64,000 bases of DNA from Raillietiella orientalis (taxonomy: Eukaryota), in the NCBI GenBank assembly GCA_036172245.1, contig JAYWIR010000026.1, positions 310,001 through 374,000 on the forward strand, written 5' to 3'. The position numbers and the translations under genes were made by a program. Below, one piece after another: positions 38,900-53,049 of the stretch. Positions within the stretch are counted from its first letter, which is position 1; every line of letters begins with the position of its first letter. The notes below the pieces were generated by a model that was given only the letters and a program-made list of their open reading frames with translations, did not search any database and had not been told where the DNA came from.

Positions 38900-39560
38900 A
38901 GGCGGGAAGACGGTTTACGCGATCCTTCCTTCCCTCGGTCCACGGCCAGCCTCGGCTGAGACGGAGTCTTCCCTTCTACCAGACTGGGGAACCAGAGGAA
39001 CCTCGACTGGCAAACAATCCATGGTTTGGAGCATATTTGCTTGTTCCGCAAAAACATGGTGACAAATGAAGCGCGTCGAATAGATCTCGGGAGTTAAAAA
39101 TGGTTCCCGCATCAGCAGCCCCAGCTGCTTTATGGGCACACCGTCAATACAGATACGCAATTTGTTTCCAGTAGCACCAGCACACGAAGGGATCCAAGCG
39201 CGCGTGCGTTTTCGTCCTAGGAGGGATCCTGCCGCGCCTTTTCCAAAGGCAAGGCCTGACTCACGCGAAACTTCAAAGAGAACTGTCCCGTCGGCCATGC
39301 CAAGCAGCTCTCCGCAATGGGCTGCTCTTCGAGTCTGATTTCACTTTTGCTTTTGCCGTTGTTGCTCGTGCTTGTTGATCCAGCTTTGGCCTGCGGACAC
39401 GTTTCAAGTCTTTCGGGACACATCGAGGAAATACGAGCGCGGAAGGCGCGAGCCGGTAAAAAGCCGTCTTCCCAAGGCTCCAGTTAGCACGCCGCAACTT
39501 CCTCATTTTCTTCTAGACTGAGATCCACGTGAACACGAGATTTACCGTTCACAAGCAGAA
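38900..39560 (-). mobile_element. Penelope-like RT relic
   Basis: FYRLAPSALVFPRCVPK followed by GNKLRICIDGVPI...EIY resembles the PLE RT motifs (L.P...P.FYGLPK and YKQxDGVxMG). Confidence 0.45.
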
Positions 39561-42500
39561 TGAAGGGATGCACTACTCAGCTGCCGGCCGACTCGCTGCG
39601 TCCTGCGTCGTCTTCACGGTGTTTCGATTCAGAGACTTACGAGCTCAAAATACAATCAGATGATCATTACCCGTCCCATTACTTTAAATACTTTGAAAGT
39701 AGGCGTCGAAGGACGATTCCTCTTTTCTAGCACTGAACTCTATCGCTAAAATGCTTTACGGAATGGTGCGGATGGCCAACACACGTGATTCAAGTATGAA
39801 ATGACAAGTCGACGCGCTGAAAACAAACAACGTATCCTTATCGAATGTGGACGTCCCGTCGCGACAACACGAATAATTGCTTATTTTACACAGATACACG
39901 TTGCCTTGTTATAGAAAAACGGGCTTCAGCTCTGCTTTCCTCTAACGCAAACGTTTTTTTTTTAATTCATCAAATAAATATATGTATATATGCAAAGGGC
40001 GAGTGGGAATACTGGGAAACAATAGCTCGAAGCTAAAAATAGTACCTGATTTAAATGACGACAATATGGGAGAGCACAAACGGAAGCGGTGGAAATCCAT
40101 TGTTGAGGATTACACAGCTGTTTTTTTTTTTTTTTTTTTTTTTTGGAGGGGGAGGGATGGGAAATGAGAAACCCCAAATACCGTAAATGAATTTGGATCT
40201 GTGTTTTTTTTTCTTTTTTTTTAAAAAAAAGGGAAGAAAAAAAATGGATCCATGTTTTGCTTTGTTTTTTCGCTTTTTAACGCTACAAAGAATCGAGAAT
40301 GGCAGACTTTGAGTGCTTACCTTGGAACGGATATCCAGAAAAAATGGGTCTGGTGCTCAAGGAAGTTGGTACTGCCATTTGTCCAGACGTCTAAAATCCT
40401 CCTCGCTATTACGAGCTTCCGGTTGCAAGCTTCCCTATTTGGTCGGGAGAGATGCTGGCCATGGCTTCTTCCTCCGGGAACGTCCTCCTAACACCATTGT
40501 TGTCCCTCGGGTGGTACGCCATGTGTCCGTACGCGTACGATCGTAAATGAATAAAACAACATCATTACCAGCAATTGTGCAAACACAATGGAGTGCACAG
40601 TGCGCTCGGGAGAACGGTTCGATTGGTGGGCCGTGCGGGAAGGCGGAGTCAGGCGAGACCACCGCCAGCCATTAAGAGGGGAAAGCGAGAGGAAAGCCAT
40701 TAACGTACTCGTTTCCAAGGGAACCCCGAAAATTTTCCCGAAGAGAGCCGGTGTTGTGTGTGTGTGTGCGCGTCTCAGCATCAAAATCTTTGGACGCAAT
40801 CGAAAACAGCTGGAAATTTATTTGTTTTTTTTTTTGTTTTTTTCTGCGCGCGTGGAGAGCGAGCGGAAGCGTCATCGGCTAGGCGTCCGCTTGGAGCGCT
40901 GCTGTGGCGACGAGTACCATCCGAAGGAAAGGAGGGGAGGGGAGAGAGAAAATCATCAGCAGCGCAGAAGAAAATTCTCGCGATCCCGCTCCGTCCTCGC
41001 TGGATCCATCGATCACGTGGTTCTCCCGAGGGAAAGGGCGGAAAAGGTGGCCGAGACCGGCGGCCTCCGTCGGTCCAACGGGTTCTTTCGCGCCGCTGCT
41101 GCCAAAGACCTCACGGCCCGTGCCCGTGAGACGGGGGGGCACGGCGCGCCCTTGGCTTCTCGGTGGAGCCGGCGACGTCTTCCTAGGATGGAGCCCTTCC
41201 TCCCGCATCACCTGGGACCGCCTCCCGGACAAGAACCGCAGATGCGCGTGACGCGCGCGGCTCAGGGGAGAAAAAGGAAAGAAAGAAAGGGGAGAAGAGA
41301 AGAAGGGGAAAAGAAAAAAATGGATTCGATGAGGAAACACCTGAATGGACGTCACTTCATCCTCGGGACGATTGTTCTTCCGATCGAAGCGATCCCATTC
41401 GAGTGACGCATTGCTCGCGCTGAGAGTTCTTCGCCTCCGTGACAGCCGCGCGTCCGTCGAAGAGCGCGGACCGCGCTGTGACGGAGTCGCGTGGATGATG
41501 ACGTCGGCGACCGTCCGTCTTCGCAGGGCTCTCACCTTTCCAGTGGATTTCGGGTGGACGCGCCCTTGCCGTTTCCACAATCGGACGAGTGGTTTCCGTC
41601 CCTCTGCCACAGAGGGTGGTGGTGCAGACGGCAGGACTTTCCACAGTTGGCTCGTTGGCGTGTGCGCCCACGTTGCGAGGGAAAGGCTCGAAGGCTCTTT
41701 CTATCTGCTCGCTCGAAATGATGCTTTCGTGCGGCAGCCCTGCTGCTCCCTAAGGGGTGCGAACTCGGAGCCACGTCTCCGGGCAACGCACCGGAGTGCG
41801 TTTGGATCCATCCCGGCTCATTCGTGAGATCGGCGATTCGACGCCGAGATGTGCGCGGTTTGGCGGGAACGTCTTGGAAGGAATTTTCCCCCTTTGATTC
41901 CGTTCCTTCGTGAGTCGCTTCCGGCGAGATCCCGGTGTGCCGCATCCTCACGCTCTCCTCCTCTTCCTTCTAAGTAGACCTTCATCTTTCCCCTTTCACG
42001 CAGGAAGCGCGCTTTCCGAATTCTTTGCTCATCTCACCCGAGAAGACTTTCCGTCCTCCACGCGTTCCGCGTAACCAAAGCGATGTGAACGCGCGCAGAT
42101 TCCGATTTCCAAAAAAAAGGAAAGAGAGAGAGAGAGAGAGAGGAGGGATTCTTCTCAGAGAATGGGACCAACAGAATCAATGAGCATCCGAAAGAATTTT
42201 CACAACGCAGCACCGATCCTTTTCCCTTTTCCTCAAAAGTTCCATCTTCCTTCAGGATTGCAGACGGCTCTCTCCCTAAGATTTCAAGCAGCCGTTCTCT
42301 AGGAGCGGCACCTGGGGGTCGGCCCTGTGCACGGGCCCCACCCCGCTCCTCCTCGTGAGCCATGGGCCGCCTCCTGGCGCGCGTCCGTCCGGGGCGCTCA
42401 CCAATCCTCAGGTCGCACAGCGTCAGCTGCCTATCCTGAGCTCTGTCGCTGAACGCTCAAAGAGGTTCCCTATTTACGGAGAACATATGAACACACACAC

Positions 42501-44899
42501 TCACACGCACATATATGTGAGGGTGCACGCTATGAGTAGGGTGCGCGACATTTCCGATTCCGCTCACTCCAAGAGGGGTACGAATCGCAGAGAACATTTT
42601 TCGCGCAGATATTTTCACGTCATGCTGAACAGCGAATGCGTGCGCGTGCGTGTGTGTACGTGTTGTGCACACGCATTCCAAATGTCGCGCACTCGCGTTT
42701 GCAAGCGTACGATAGATGAGGTGTGCCGGCGGCGCACACGCAGCGACACGGATGGAACACATCACGCGCTCTGCGGACGAATGGGAAGCGACGGTTCGCT
42801 TTTCCGTCCGCGGGCGGCCATTCCGAGGTGGGCGCTTCCGTTCTGAGCCACCCTTTGACACGCGCGCCATCCGGAATGGGTGGTCTTTCCGCTGAGGCTT
42901 CGCGCCTCCACCCAAACACCGAGCGCGCGGAAGCATGGAAGCGACGAAGAGAGGCTGCAGCGGAAATCCCGCGCACCCCCCACCCCGCCGGGAAGCTGCG
43001 AGATGACGGAAAGGCGCACTCTCATCGCCCGTGAGTTGCTGCTGCTTCTCGCGGGGAGCCCAACTCCCCCCCCCCCCCCCCCAACCCGTTGCTTTCGCAG
43101 GTGGACCGAGTAGCTCCTGGCACCCCTTGTTCCGGCAGCGGAATGGCCGCGACGGGAAGCCCGCGTTGCTTGGAGACGGCCCTTTCGAGTTGGTTCCTCT
43201 TAACGGCCGCGAACTCCCCCGCGGTCGCCTCCGAGAAACGCGAAAACAGCGAAATGCGAAGGCAAATGAAATAAAAACGAAAGGCCTTCCGATCAACGCG
43301 CCATTCCGGGAAAAAAAGGGAAGAAGGAAAACACATCGCCCTTTGGGAAAAACTCTTTGCGACAGCGGGAACGACGGTTCCGCTCGGTTCGGTGACGCGG
43401 AGGTGGGGGGCACTAGGGGGGGGGCGGGGGGGAGGACGCAAATTTTTCTACGGCAGCAGCGTTTTCCACGTCGTGTTGCCCTCGCGTGAAGACAAAGAAA
43501 CGGCGCTTTGGAGTTTCCATGCAAATCTGTTTGCGCGCCTCGCGCGTTGCCCTCCTCGCGACGCGGCCGCGCATTCCCTCTTCGTGGGAGCTCTCTCGGA
43601 ACCGTGGAAAGTCCTTTCTTGCCGGTCGCCCGGTCACACCCAGAACGATTCGGTGCCCCCCCCCCCCTTCCTCCCTCTCTCCCCCCCTCGCGAAAAGGCA
43701 CCCGAAAACGCTGGAAAAGATGAAAACATTCGCGGTCCGCGCAGGAAAACACGGAGAAAAGCCGATGGTGTTTTCTCAAGGTGATGACACATAAAGACTT
43801 TTATCCTTTCTATCCGGAAATTATTTGCCGCGCGTCCAAATGTGACCTTTTGTTGTTTCGGAATGGGCCGTTTGTTATCGCCGAAGTGCGGCAAAATAGG
43901 ACCGAGCGAGAGAACGAACGCGCGCTTTCGCGTCCCCACTCGCGGCTTCCCGCCTTCAATGAGTCCGGCAGATGGCGTTTCCGCGGCGGTAATTCCCTCC
44001 TTTTCCGTTTATGTCTTCTCCCCCCCCCCCCCCCCTCCACGCAGCCACCTCCCTCCCTCTCTCCTTCCCAATCAGGGATCCATCGGACATTTGTCAGTCC
44101 CGGACGAGATTGCTCACTGAGTCGGCCTTTCGTGGGGAACAGCCCTTTCGCCCCGAGAGCTCTGTTTTCCCGGGCACCAGCGCGCGAGAGCATCCGAGAC
44201 GAAGCCCGCTGCCTTCCCACGCCCCCTTGTTTGGGGTCCTCGCTGCGGCCCGGGAGGCAGACCGGCCCGCCGCCCCACCCCGGTCCACGGACTTTGCAAT
44301 GGGTCGCCACGGTAGCGGGAGGAAGCGCAGGGGAGCGAGCAGCGGTGCCTGACGAAGGAAGCGTTGCCTGGATACGGCCCAAAGCAGGGAGATTTTGCTT
44401 CCTCCTCCCCCCATCGCCCCCGTCTGCCTGCCGCAGCCGTCCTTCCCCCATGTAAAGTTCGGTGTACATTCAACGCTGCAAGCAGTGTAATCGGTACTGT
44501 GAGATGAGCATAGTGACACACGGATGACGTACACGCGTCAGGCGGGGGCAAAGGCGGCCGCGGACGCTCATTGTGATCGCTCCCCCGCAGCACGCGGACG
44601 CGCTGGACGTCGGCTCCAGCGGCTGGCCGAGGCTGCGAAAACAGCCACCCGACCTCCGTGGTCGAACAGCGTCGCTTTCGGGAGCGTTCTGGACCGAGCC
44701 TGGGCGAATGCAGGCCCGCGTCACAGATGCTGGGGGAGATGGCCAGCTCGCTGGGCGCGCTCATCACAGAAGCGGCTGTGCTGGCGCTGCCGGGAGCCGC
44801 AAAGGGGGAAGAAGCAGTGCAGCGGAGCCACGAAGGCGCGGCTTGGCTGAAAGAAAGGGGTGATGGGGGTAGGAAGGCGCACGAGCGCCTCCTCGTCCA

Positions 44900-46758
44900 G
44901 CGACGGCGTGCTGCAGGACAGCGGCGACGCCCCTCTTCTTGAGAGCAGGCAGCGAGCCTCATGCCGAGACGAGGACCGGGCCATTCCCCCCGCCCCTTCC
45001 CGCAGGAGGGTTCCGTGGCACCACACAGCCGCGGAGTGACGGTCGGACGCGCTCGACATGTCCGAGCGAGCTGCACGCGGACTGTCGGCGGCCGCGTGAT
45101 TGAAAGGAGCGCGTGCGCGCGCGCCACGCGGGGAATGCGAGGTATGTGGCCCGCGCGGTAGGGACAGCCCGCTGCGCCACCCTTGCGGGTCTTCCCGGGG
45201 CAGCAAAACACGCCCGAGGGCGACGCGGGAGCGCCTTTGAAAGGGAGCACCTTTGGAGAGTGGGGAGTCGTCCTCCCGCCGCCACCAAAGGTGCGGGGGC
45301 GCGCGCGCGCGCGCACGTGTGGGCGGGAGGGCGAGAGTGCACGGCGCCGCAGGTGTCAACGCAGGAGAAGTGGCCTGCGATGCGTCCGCGGGGGGCGCAT
45401 CTCTCATATCGTCGCCGCAGCTGGCCGGGCGTCGCTGGAGGGCGCGCGCGCTCCCTGCGGTCCCCGCGCTTGCCTCCATTCCTCCCTCCCTCCGTGCCCC
45501 GACTCCCAGCGGGCGAATCCCGAAGCCGAGCGAAGCGGCGACGGACAGGCCGGCCACGCCCTCCTCTTTCCCTTTCCGCGTTCCCCTTTCCGGGACGCGA
45601 CTCTCCCGAGAGATGCGCCTCCTCTCTCCTCCCTCCCTTCCCGGCGAGAATCTCTCGACGCCGCTCGCGCGCCTCGGCAAGCGGCTCCGGGAACGCGCGC
45701 GCAGGAGACCCGGCCCAAAGAGCCCCTGCCCCTTCTTTCGCCTGCAGGGGTCCCCGCCGCAAGAGGTAGGCCGCGCTGTCTCGTCCGCCCGCTCTCAGCG
45801 GACGGCCCACGCCGTCGTTGGGCTGCCGACGGGGGTGCCGCCTCTGCTACGAGGGAAATACCGCGCCCAACTGCTTCCCTCTCCCCACTTCTCCTTGCCT
45901 TTCCCTCGGTTTGCTCGCTCTCCTGGGATTCCGCCTCCCAGCATCACGACCGCCATCACGCACCGCCTCCACCGGTCATCTTCGCCATCTCTTCTCGCGC
46001 CAGGAGGAGGGAAGAGGAAGGAGGGAGGGAGAGAGGGAGGAAGAAGGAGGAAGGAGGAGGAAGGAGAGGAGGGTACAAAGTGCTCTTCTTGTCTTCATTC
46101 CCCTCCCCCCCCGGACGAAGTGCTGCGGCTCGTCCTTCAGCCCCACTCCATCCGCTCTCGCCCTTCGCGCGGAGGCAGTGGGCCCCTGACAGTCTGGGAG
46201 AGGGTGGTGTGACCTGAGGCAGGGCACGGGGCCTCCCGCTACGGGATGCTCGCGTCCGGCCGCCGCCTGGGAGGCAGTCCACCTGAACCGGGGGCACGCC
46301 GTGTTTTGACCCCGCGCTTAAATGATGGCGCGTCTGAGCCGCGCACTCCCGCTGCTGCGGCGGTGGGGGGTGTGACCCGGAGAAAGGGAAGGAGAGAACG
46401 CTCCAGGCCGCCGCCGCTGCCGCGGTACGCGCGCGCGCGGACCCGCAAGGGGGGGGAGGAGAGGGGAGGAGGAGAAAAAGCAGCAGCAGCAGCCGCGGAA
46501 GAAGGAAAAGCTGAAGAAGAAGACTGTGAGGAGCGCTTTGAGTTTCTTTCCTCCGCTCCCCCACCCCTTCCTTCCCTCTCCCCTTTGTACCTTTCCCTTC
46601 CTTTTCACCCCTCCCTCATCTCTCCCGACGCGCTCTCTCTCGTTCGCCGCCATGTCGATCTCAAAGTCAAAAACAGGAAAATAAATTTCGCCTGCGGGTC
46701 CCGTTGCAGGGAAGACGACGGCGGCGGCGACCTCGGAGGGGGCGGCGGCGGCGGCGGC

Positions 46759-46807
<49 letters not shown>

Positions 46808-47500
46808 GCGAGAGCAGGAAAAGGAGGAAAGTGAGGAACGGTGGGGTGGGGATGAAAGGGCGCTGCGGCGGCGGTGGCGCCCTCTCGCCTCCTCCGCGCG
46901 CGCGCGCGTGGAAGGAACAATCGCCAAAGACAAAAGAAGAGAGAGGAAAGTGCCCATCACTCATCCGCCGCGGCGCGCACCGGCGGTCGGACGCGCGCGC
47001 GCGCGCGCGTCCGCCTCCGCGCGCCGTCCGATGGCCGTAAACAAACGACTCCGCCTCGTTGTTTTCCCCTCCCGGGACGCTCGCGGAGGAGGGAGAAGGA
47101 AGGAAAGGGAAGGGAAGGGAAGGGAAAAAAAAGGAAAAGCCCTCGTAGCTCGTAAACCAGGCGGGGTGGGGTGGGGTGAGGAAGGGGGGGGATAGGAGGA
47201 GGAGGAGGGAGTGGCAGGCGCGTCACAGGAAGCGCGGTGGCGGCGGCGCTGGCGGCCGGCCGAACAATGGCCGGGCCGGCGCGAGATGGAAAGGAAAGCT
47301 CGGCCGGGAGCGGAAGTGTGGAGAATGAGCTGACCACCGACGCTAATCTTTCCGAAAAGGAACCACTCGAAGACCGAGCGTGCGGATGCCGATCAAAGGC
47401 TCCGAAAAGACATGAGTTACGGGCCGGTGGCCCTCCGGGCGAGGCGGTCGCATCGGTACTTGCGGGCGCTCCGTGAAACGACTGGCCGTAAATCTGTCCG
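44900..47500. promoter_or_regulatory. CpG-island-like, promoter/5'UTR-like region with no assignable gene
   Basis: Very high GC and CpG content, (GC)n runs, polypurine and polypyrimidine tracts, trinucleotide repeats, and ETS-like CGGAAGTG (47311) and CAGGAAGC (about 47226). No TE motifs were recognised. Confidence 0.5.
46741..46806. repeat. Compound trinucleotide repeat (GGC)7(AGC)15
   Basis: Counted directly from the sequence. Confidence 0.97.
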
Positions 47501-47779
47501 TCGTTGTCGAAGGCGACGTCACGCTCGCAGCTCCAGAAGAAGAAGAAGAAGAAAACGAATAAAGGCCAAACAGGTGGCGTGAAGAGAAGATGCGGAGGAG
47601 GAGGAAGAGGAGAACGAATGCATCCTCCTGAGGGTCGGAGAGATGCAGCGTCTCCTCTCAGCGCTCGGACCGCCGTGTGGACGCCGCCCGCGCAGCTCGC
47701 TCGTGCTTACCAAAGTGCTTGAAGCTCGACTTTCTCTTCGGTCACCGAGGCGAACCTCCTCGAAAAAATCCCCCCCTCT

Positions 47780-50750
47780 CCCCCCTTTCCCCTTTCACGA
47801 CCGCTCGTTCGGCCGCTCGTTGGATCTTCGAGCGCCTTGGGCTTCCGCATGAAACGAAACACCAATCCTCCGTCGAAGAGTCCGGTGCGCTCGAAGACCG
47901 CACCCGAGCACCTCCTCCCCTCCCCGGATGCAGAGGATGTCGGCGAAGATAACTTTCGCGGGATGCTGGAGGAGCAGCGAGATGTCACGTGGCTTTCGTG
48001 TGAGGAAGAAGATCGTGGCAAGCAGCAGCATGCGGTCTCAGGGGCCACTGACCCTTCGAAGATGGGGATGTCGCCTGTCGCTCCGACGAAGGGCCACCTG
48101 CCCTCTGCCCCCGTGTTCCGGCTCCCGAGATCAAGAGAGCAGCACTCTTGTCCCGGGAGAGATCATGTGACCGCGTACTGCTGCTTGTCATGGTGGCAGC
48201 AGGCCGCTGTTCTTCGGCACGAGAGAGCGTTTGCGTCTCCTGATGACCTCTTGGCATCCGGAGACGCTTGCGCGTCCGTGGTATTGAGGAAACTCCTCCC
48301 CCCTCTCCCCCCCGCACAAGATTTTCTCATTCTAGATCCACTGCTTACCCACATCTAAGAGACACAGTCCAGCTGTTCATCCGAAGTGCTTCCGTAGGAG
48401 AGAAATGCTGCTCCGGCCTGTGGTCCAGGCACCTGGGACTGCTGGAGGGGCGCCGCCTCTGCTGCAAGGCAGGTGGGGTAGCAGAGGAGGGATGTGCGAT
48501 TCAGCTACGTCTTGCGGCTGGAGGAGACAGACAAGCTGAACTTTTCCTGACGACATTTTCGGTTCCTCTTTCGAGGTGACCTGGAGATAGGGGAGGTCAC
48601 CGTCCACCATCGGAAGGCGGGAGCTCTGATTCACTTTTATCGCTCTTCCAGCTTCCTTGCTTTTGTTTTGTTTTTGTTTTTTCCTGTGACTCGCCGAGCG
48701 CTCGACCGCCACCACCTTCAGGTCTACAGCCTCGTCAGAAGGAGAACGAGGATCAGATGGTTCCTTGAGCACTGAGTTCAACGCTTCTCCTCGGAAACAC
48801 CACACCTCAGTGTTTGAATCCATTCAGCTGCGATCCGGGCCGTCTAGATGCTGAGATCTTGCCCGACCCAGCATCTCGACAGCCTTGGAAGAGCATCACC
48901 CTTTTCCTGTTCCTCTGCCGAGGCGAACCTCGCTGACCTGCGTGCAGGTCACACGGCAGGGTCCGAGCATCTTCAAACGTTGTAGAGCCCACGGACCCAC
49001 ACAGGATTGTTTATTATTTTCATAATAAACGCCCCTGAGCACCAGGGTGTAAAGCCCTTTCCCTGTTGAGGATCTTCGCGTGCCCTTTCGCTCCACGGGT
49101 ATGATGTTAAGTGGTGGTTTGTCGCTTTCCACGTCCTTCCATCTCCGTCATTTCCTTCCTCCGGCTCGCCAAGCACCAGCAGCCACTTGCTCCACCACGC
49201 CGGCCACACGGCGACCAGAAGGAAGCCTCGTCCACCGTCACTGACCGAGGTGCCTTCTCACCCCTGGTGGCGCCGGGACGTTGGTCCCAACACAAACGAG
49301 CAGACACGCCCAAACGCAAAAGAAGTCCACCGGCACGCAGACGGCTTTTCAAAAAGTCCAGCAGCGGAGCGAGCGGACAATACAGTGGTAGCAGGGAGGG
49401 GTCCCTGGTTTCATCCACTCGTTTCCTCCTACAACCGGGTGTGTGTACGGTGGCGATCTCCCCCTGACGACCTGTACTCCTTGGAGGGGAGGTCACCTCG
49501 TGGCCGTCCTCATCAAGGCCATGTCGGCGGCGACCTGCCTTCGCTGCGCCCGAGGTAGCACACGCAGGGCTGCGACGAGGTCTGTCGAGTGGGCACACCC
49601 GACCAGCTCCTTCGGCTGAAGGAGTCCCTCTGCCCTGTCCGGGAACGAGGGGTGAGCGCGGGGCAGCGGACGGTCCACTCACGGTTCCCGAGGGCATCCA
49701 GACGCGGGCATTGGCGTCATCGTGCTGCGAGGAGGGAACTCCAGCGCGCGCACCTCGGCTCGGCTCTCGCTCGACGCTCGGTGCAGAGAGCTAACCTGCC
49801 TTCTCCGGGGACGTGGATCATGGCTGATGTGGCTCGGCGACCACCGGCGCCGCGGCGAGGTCGACTGAGCCACCGACTCGCCTCTGAATTGCTCGGCTGC
49901 TGGTAAGTGCCGACTCAGCCTGCGCAACCGCTCCATTTCGAACCCACGTAGCGCTCCACCGGACCGGGCCCACCGGGACAGGTGGGAACGCTTTCAGAGC
50001 TGCGGCGCCGAAGCTCAACTCTCCCTGGGGGGCGCCCTCATCTCCAGGGTCCCCACAGACTCAGTGCTACGGCATCTACCGTGACCGCAGAGCCTCGCCC
50101 TTCGCAAGGGCGAGCAGCCAGTCCTTGTTCTTCTGCCCAGCTCGCGCATCCGCGAAAGACTCCCTCACGGAAGCGCAACGTCAGAGGTGGCCACACGGAC
50201 TGGGGACGAGGCTGTGACGTTCGGCTTCGGTCGGCTGCTCGCCTCGGGGGACCTCTCTTCCTTGCACGAAGACCGTGGAGCTTCGAAACGCGGACGCACC
50301 CCAGAGATCATTCTCCCCGTCGAATGTCGAGGTCTCTGTCACTCCTGACCACCTATTCCGTTCACAGCTGCCTCGAGACGCTCTTTCGTGCCACCCCGCA
50401 GCTTGGCTGTGCGTTGCGGTGGCAGTGGCGAACGCCGCCCTCCTTCCCTTCTCTTCTCCCTGCCCGCACGTGACCGAGGATGGCCTACGATAACTCTCGG
50501 TGGTAGGTCGTGCCAGCTGAGAGAACTTCCGCCGAGAGTACCCTGGGACCACCATCGGAGGGAATGACCCCAACCATGCACTTACGCACCCGTTATACCC
50601 CAGAAGACTCTGGCAGCATGTAGGGCAGTTCGTCGCGACGGCAGAGACGTGGCGACGTCGCGAGCGGAGCGGCGGCAAGATTGCGGCGCAGCTTCGCCGG
50701 AGCTGGAGAGAAGAAGACAGAGGATAAGTGCAACAGGAAGCCCCAGGGCG
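47780..50750 (-). mobile_element. Degenerate I/Jockey/R1-type LINE: gag-like ORF1 remnant, endonuclease remnant and RT
   Basis: Ordered remnants on the minus strand: CPTCCQSLLGY (knuckle-like), SDKPPL (SDHxPI-like), EALNSVLKEPSDPRSPSDEAV, PEQHF, FLNTTDAQAS, EGSVAP (QGS-like) and VIFADIL (YADD-like). Confidence 0.55.
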
Positions 50751-50999
50751 CTTTCCTCTGAAGAAGGGGGGACTCGGAGGCCCCCGACATGATGGAGGGC
50801 GCAGGGGAGGCCATCCCTTCCTCATTCCCCTTGGTCCAGAATCTCGCAAAGAGGCAGACGAAACTGTTGCTGAGGAGAGAGATGCCCCCTACGCGGATCC
50901 GCGCGCCCACTGTGCCCTGCCGAATGCCTCCATCCCTTTCTTTCAGAGGTGGCTCAGGGTCCGCATCCATCACAGAGCTCGCCCGGAACGCCCGCGTCG

Positions 51000-53000
51000 C
51001 CCTTGGCCGCTAACCGCTGCTTTTCCTCATGACGAAGTTCCGCGGTCCCCTCCTTTCAACCTCGGGACTCGCCACTGCCGCTGCCACCATCGCCCGGGGA
51101 AAAGACGAGGGGGCTGCGGATGAGGGGTCGGGAGTCGAAGAAACGCCCTCTGGTGTCATCTGGAGTTCCGCCGCTGCAAGCTGCACCTGCTGACGGGTTG
51201 GACCACGAATGCCGGCCGTGGCCTCCTGACCGGTGCTCAGACCCGGAAGGAGGCCAGAGTTGAGTCTTTTTCGCCCTTCCTCCTCCCGTGCGCATCCGCC
51301 CTTCCTCAGTCCAAGGGGAGGCACAACCGAGAAGACGCGGACCTCCTGGCGTCTGCGCTCTTCTGGAGGCGGAGAGGAAGGCGACCAGCGTTCCACTCCG
51401 CGGCCGAAGGAGTCGCTGCATCTGCACGCGGGAGGGAGGGATACTCGACCCGAGGCGTTTGACAGCCGAGGGTGCACGGAACGATCGACACCAAGAGAGC
51501 GCCAGGGGGAAGCTGGTGGGTTCCGGCATCTGATTCTCTCAGAGAGTCTTCTGGAACTTTCGCCCGGGACCTCGGCTGCAGAGACCGCCTCTACCTTTCC
51601 TCCTCCTCTCGTTCTCCCTTCCTCTTTCCTCCTTCCTCCTCCTCCTCCTCGTATGGACGGCGTCCTCGCTCGACCAACGGCGGAGGCAGTCGAACCGGTG
51701 GCGGGTTCCTATCGCCCATCCCAGTCCTGAACAAACCACCAGGACTCAGAGGTGGATAAGGACAACCGGAATTCCGGGTGTTACTGAAGTTCCGAGGGGA
51801 GCCGCGCAAAGCGCATGCGCGCTCCAGGACGGGGGGCGAGCTGATGCTGCCGCTGACTGAGACTGCTGGCGTCGACCGGAGCGATGACAGTCGAGAGGGA
51901 TGTGAGGATCGCCACCACCTCCAGCATCAACGGTGACCGAGTCATGCCCAGGGAATGCCCGGGATAGTTCGGGACATGCAAATATTACTTGCAAGGTGGA
52001 CTGCATCCGTTGCTGCTGCTCGCCCCCTTCAAGAGGCCGGCAGCCGGTGAGCGCTGCGAGGCGAGCCGGACTTCATCCCGCTGGCGCTGGAGCACCCTTA
52101 GCCGAAGACCAGCCGCGGCCCGTCCGCGTGCGACCACTCCGTCATCGTCCATCAGCTGCTTCGACGCCCTGCCCGTGACCACCGTCCAGAGTTCCGCAAC
52201 TTTCTGAGCAAATTCACCTTCCGCGAGCCAAGAGGTCTTCTAGGAGCTCAAGGTCAACCAGAGCGGGACCACCGCCTGGTTCTCGTCTCTTGCAACTGCC
52301 AGGACGGTATGAAGCCCGCCAGGGGCTTGTTCTGAGCTCAGTAGGAAAAGGGAACCCGCAGGATGGAAGGCCATGACTTCCCGCCCCATCCTGGCCTTGT
52401 GCAGAAGTCAACCTTGCCGACTGATGCTCTGCCGTGCTCCGCGGACATTTGATGGGTGGGCTGTCCAGGAATCTTCCCCTGGATCGACCGAAGGCAGCAT
52501 CCACCTTTCGGTCCTGAAGTCTGCCTAGGCGTCTCTCCGGACGAACGACAGCCGCTCGGTTTCCCGCGAGCGGTTCGGGAAGATTTCAAGACCGTCGAGG
52601 CGTCCAGAGCGCCAACTTCTTGGAGCGGAGAGGTGAAATCCAGAAGTCTCGTCCGACCCTGCGCAGGCGCATTCATCCCAATCTTCGAGGCCCTCGAGGG
52701 AACGGCAGCTCGCCAGGCACCTTCTGGGTCGGAAGAACACGGGAGAAGTGGATTTCCTTCCATGAGGTGTTCGTCTCCATCGTGACCCCTGGAAACCCTG
52801 TAGCCCATCTTTCCGAGAAATAGCCAAGGACGGAGGCGGTGACGGAAGGTTTTCGAAGAAGTGTTTTTCAATAATTCGGTTGCCCTCCTTCACCACGCAC
52901 CAGGCAACCTGACGGAGGCTCCCTGTCGTTCTTCCTCCCCACGCACCTCAATGAGCTGCAAACGGGCAATTCAACGAAAGCAGGGAGAGTGGCCCAGACT
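51000..53000 (-). mobile_element. Second degenerate LINE 5' half (ORF1/endonuclease remnants)
   Basis: Weak remnants GGGGDPHIP (GDFN-like) and PHGRKSTSPVF (knuckle tail-like). No intact ORF. Confidence 0.3.
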
Positions 53001-53049
53001 CGCCCTGCTTTGGTAAGGTGGGTCCCTTGGCAAACCTGGTTTCCACGCC

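Noticed and set aside
42567..42597. Minus-strand MFSAIRTPLG followed by GTGAGC as Pax3/7 exon 1 (resembles vertebrate STPLG-QGRVNQ)
   Set aside because: The donor is phase 0 whereas the acceptor at 21305 needs phase 1. The phase-1 frame has an upstream stop and no ATG.
46246..47195. Poly-Q, poly-A, poly-S and poly-G ORFs in several frames
   Set aside because: All derive from the (GGC)7(AGC)15 repeat in GC-rich, stop-poor sequence. No frame is supported over another.
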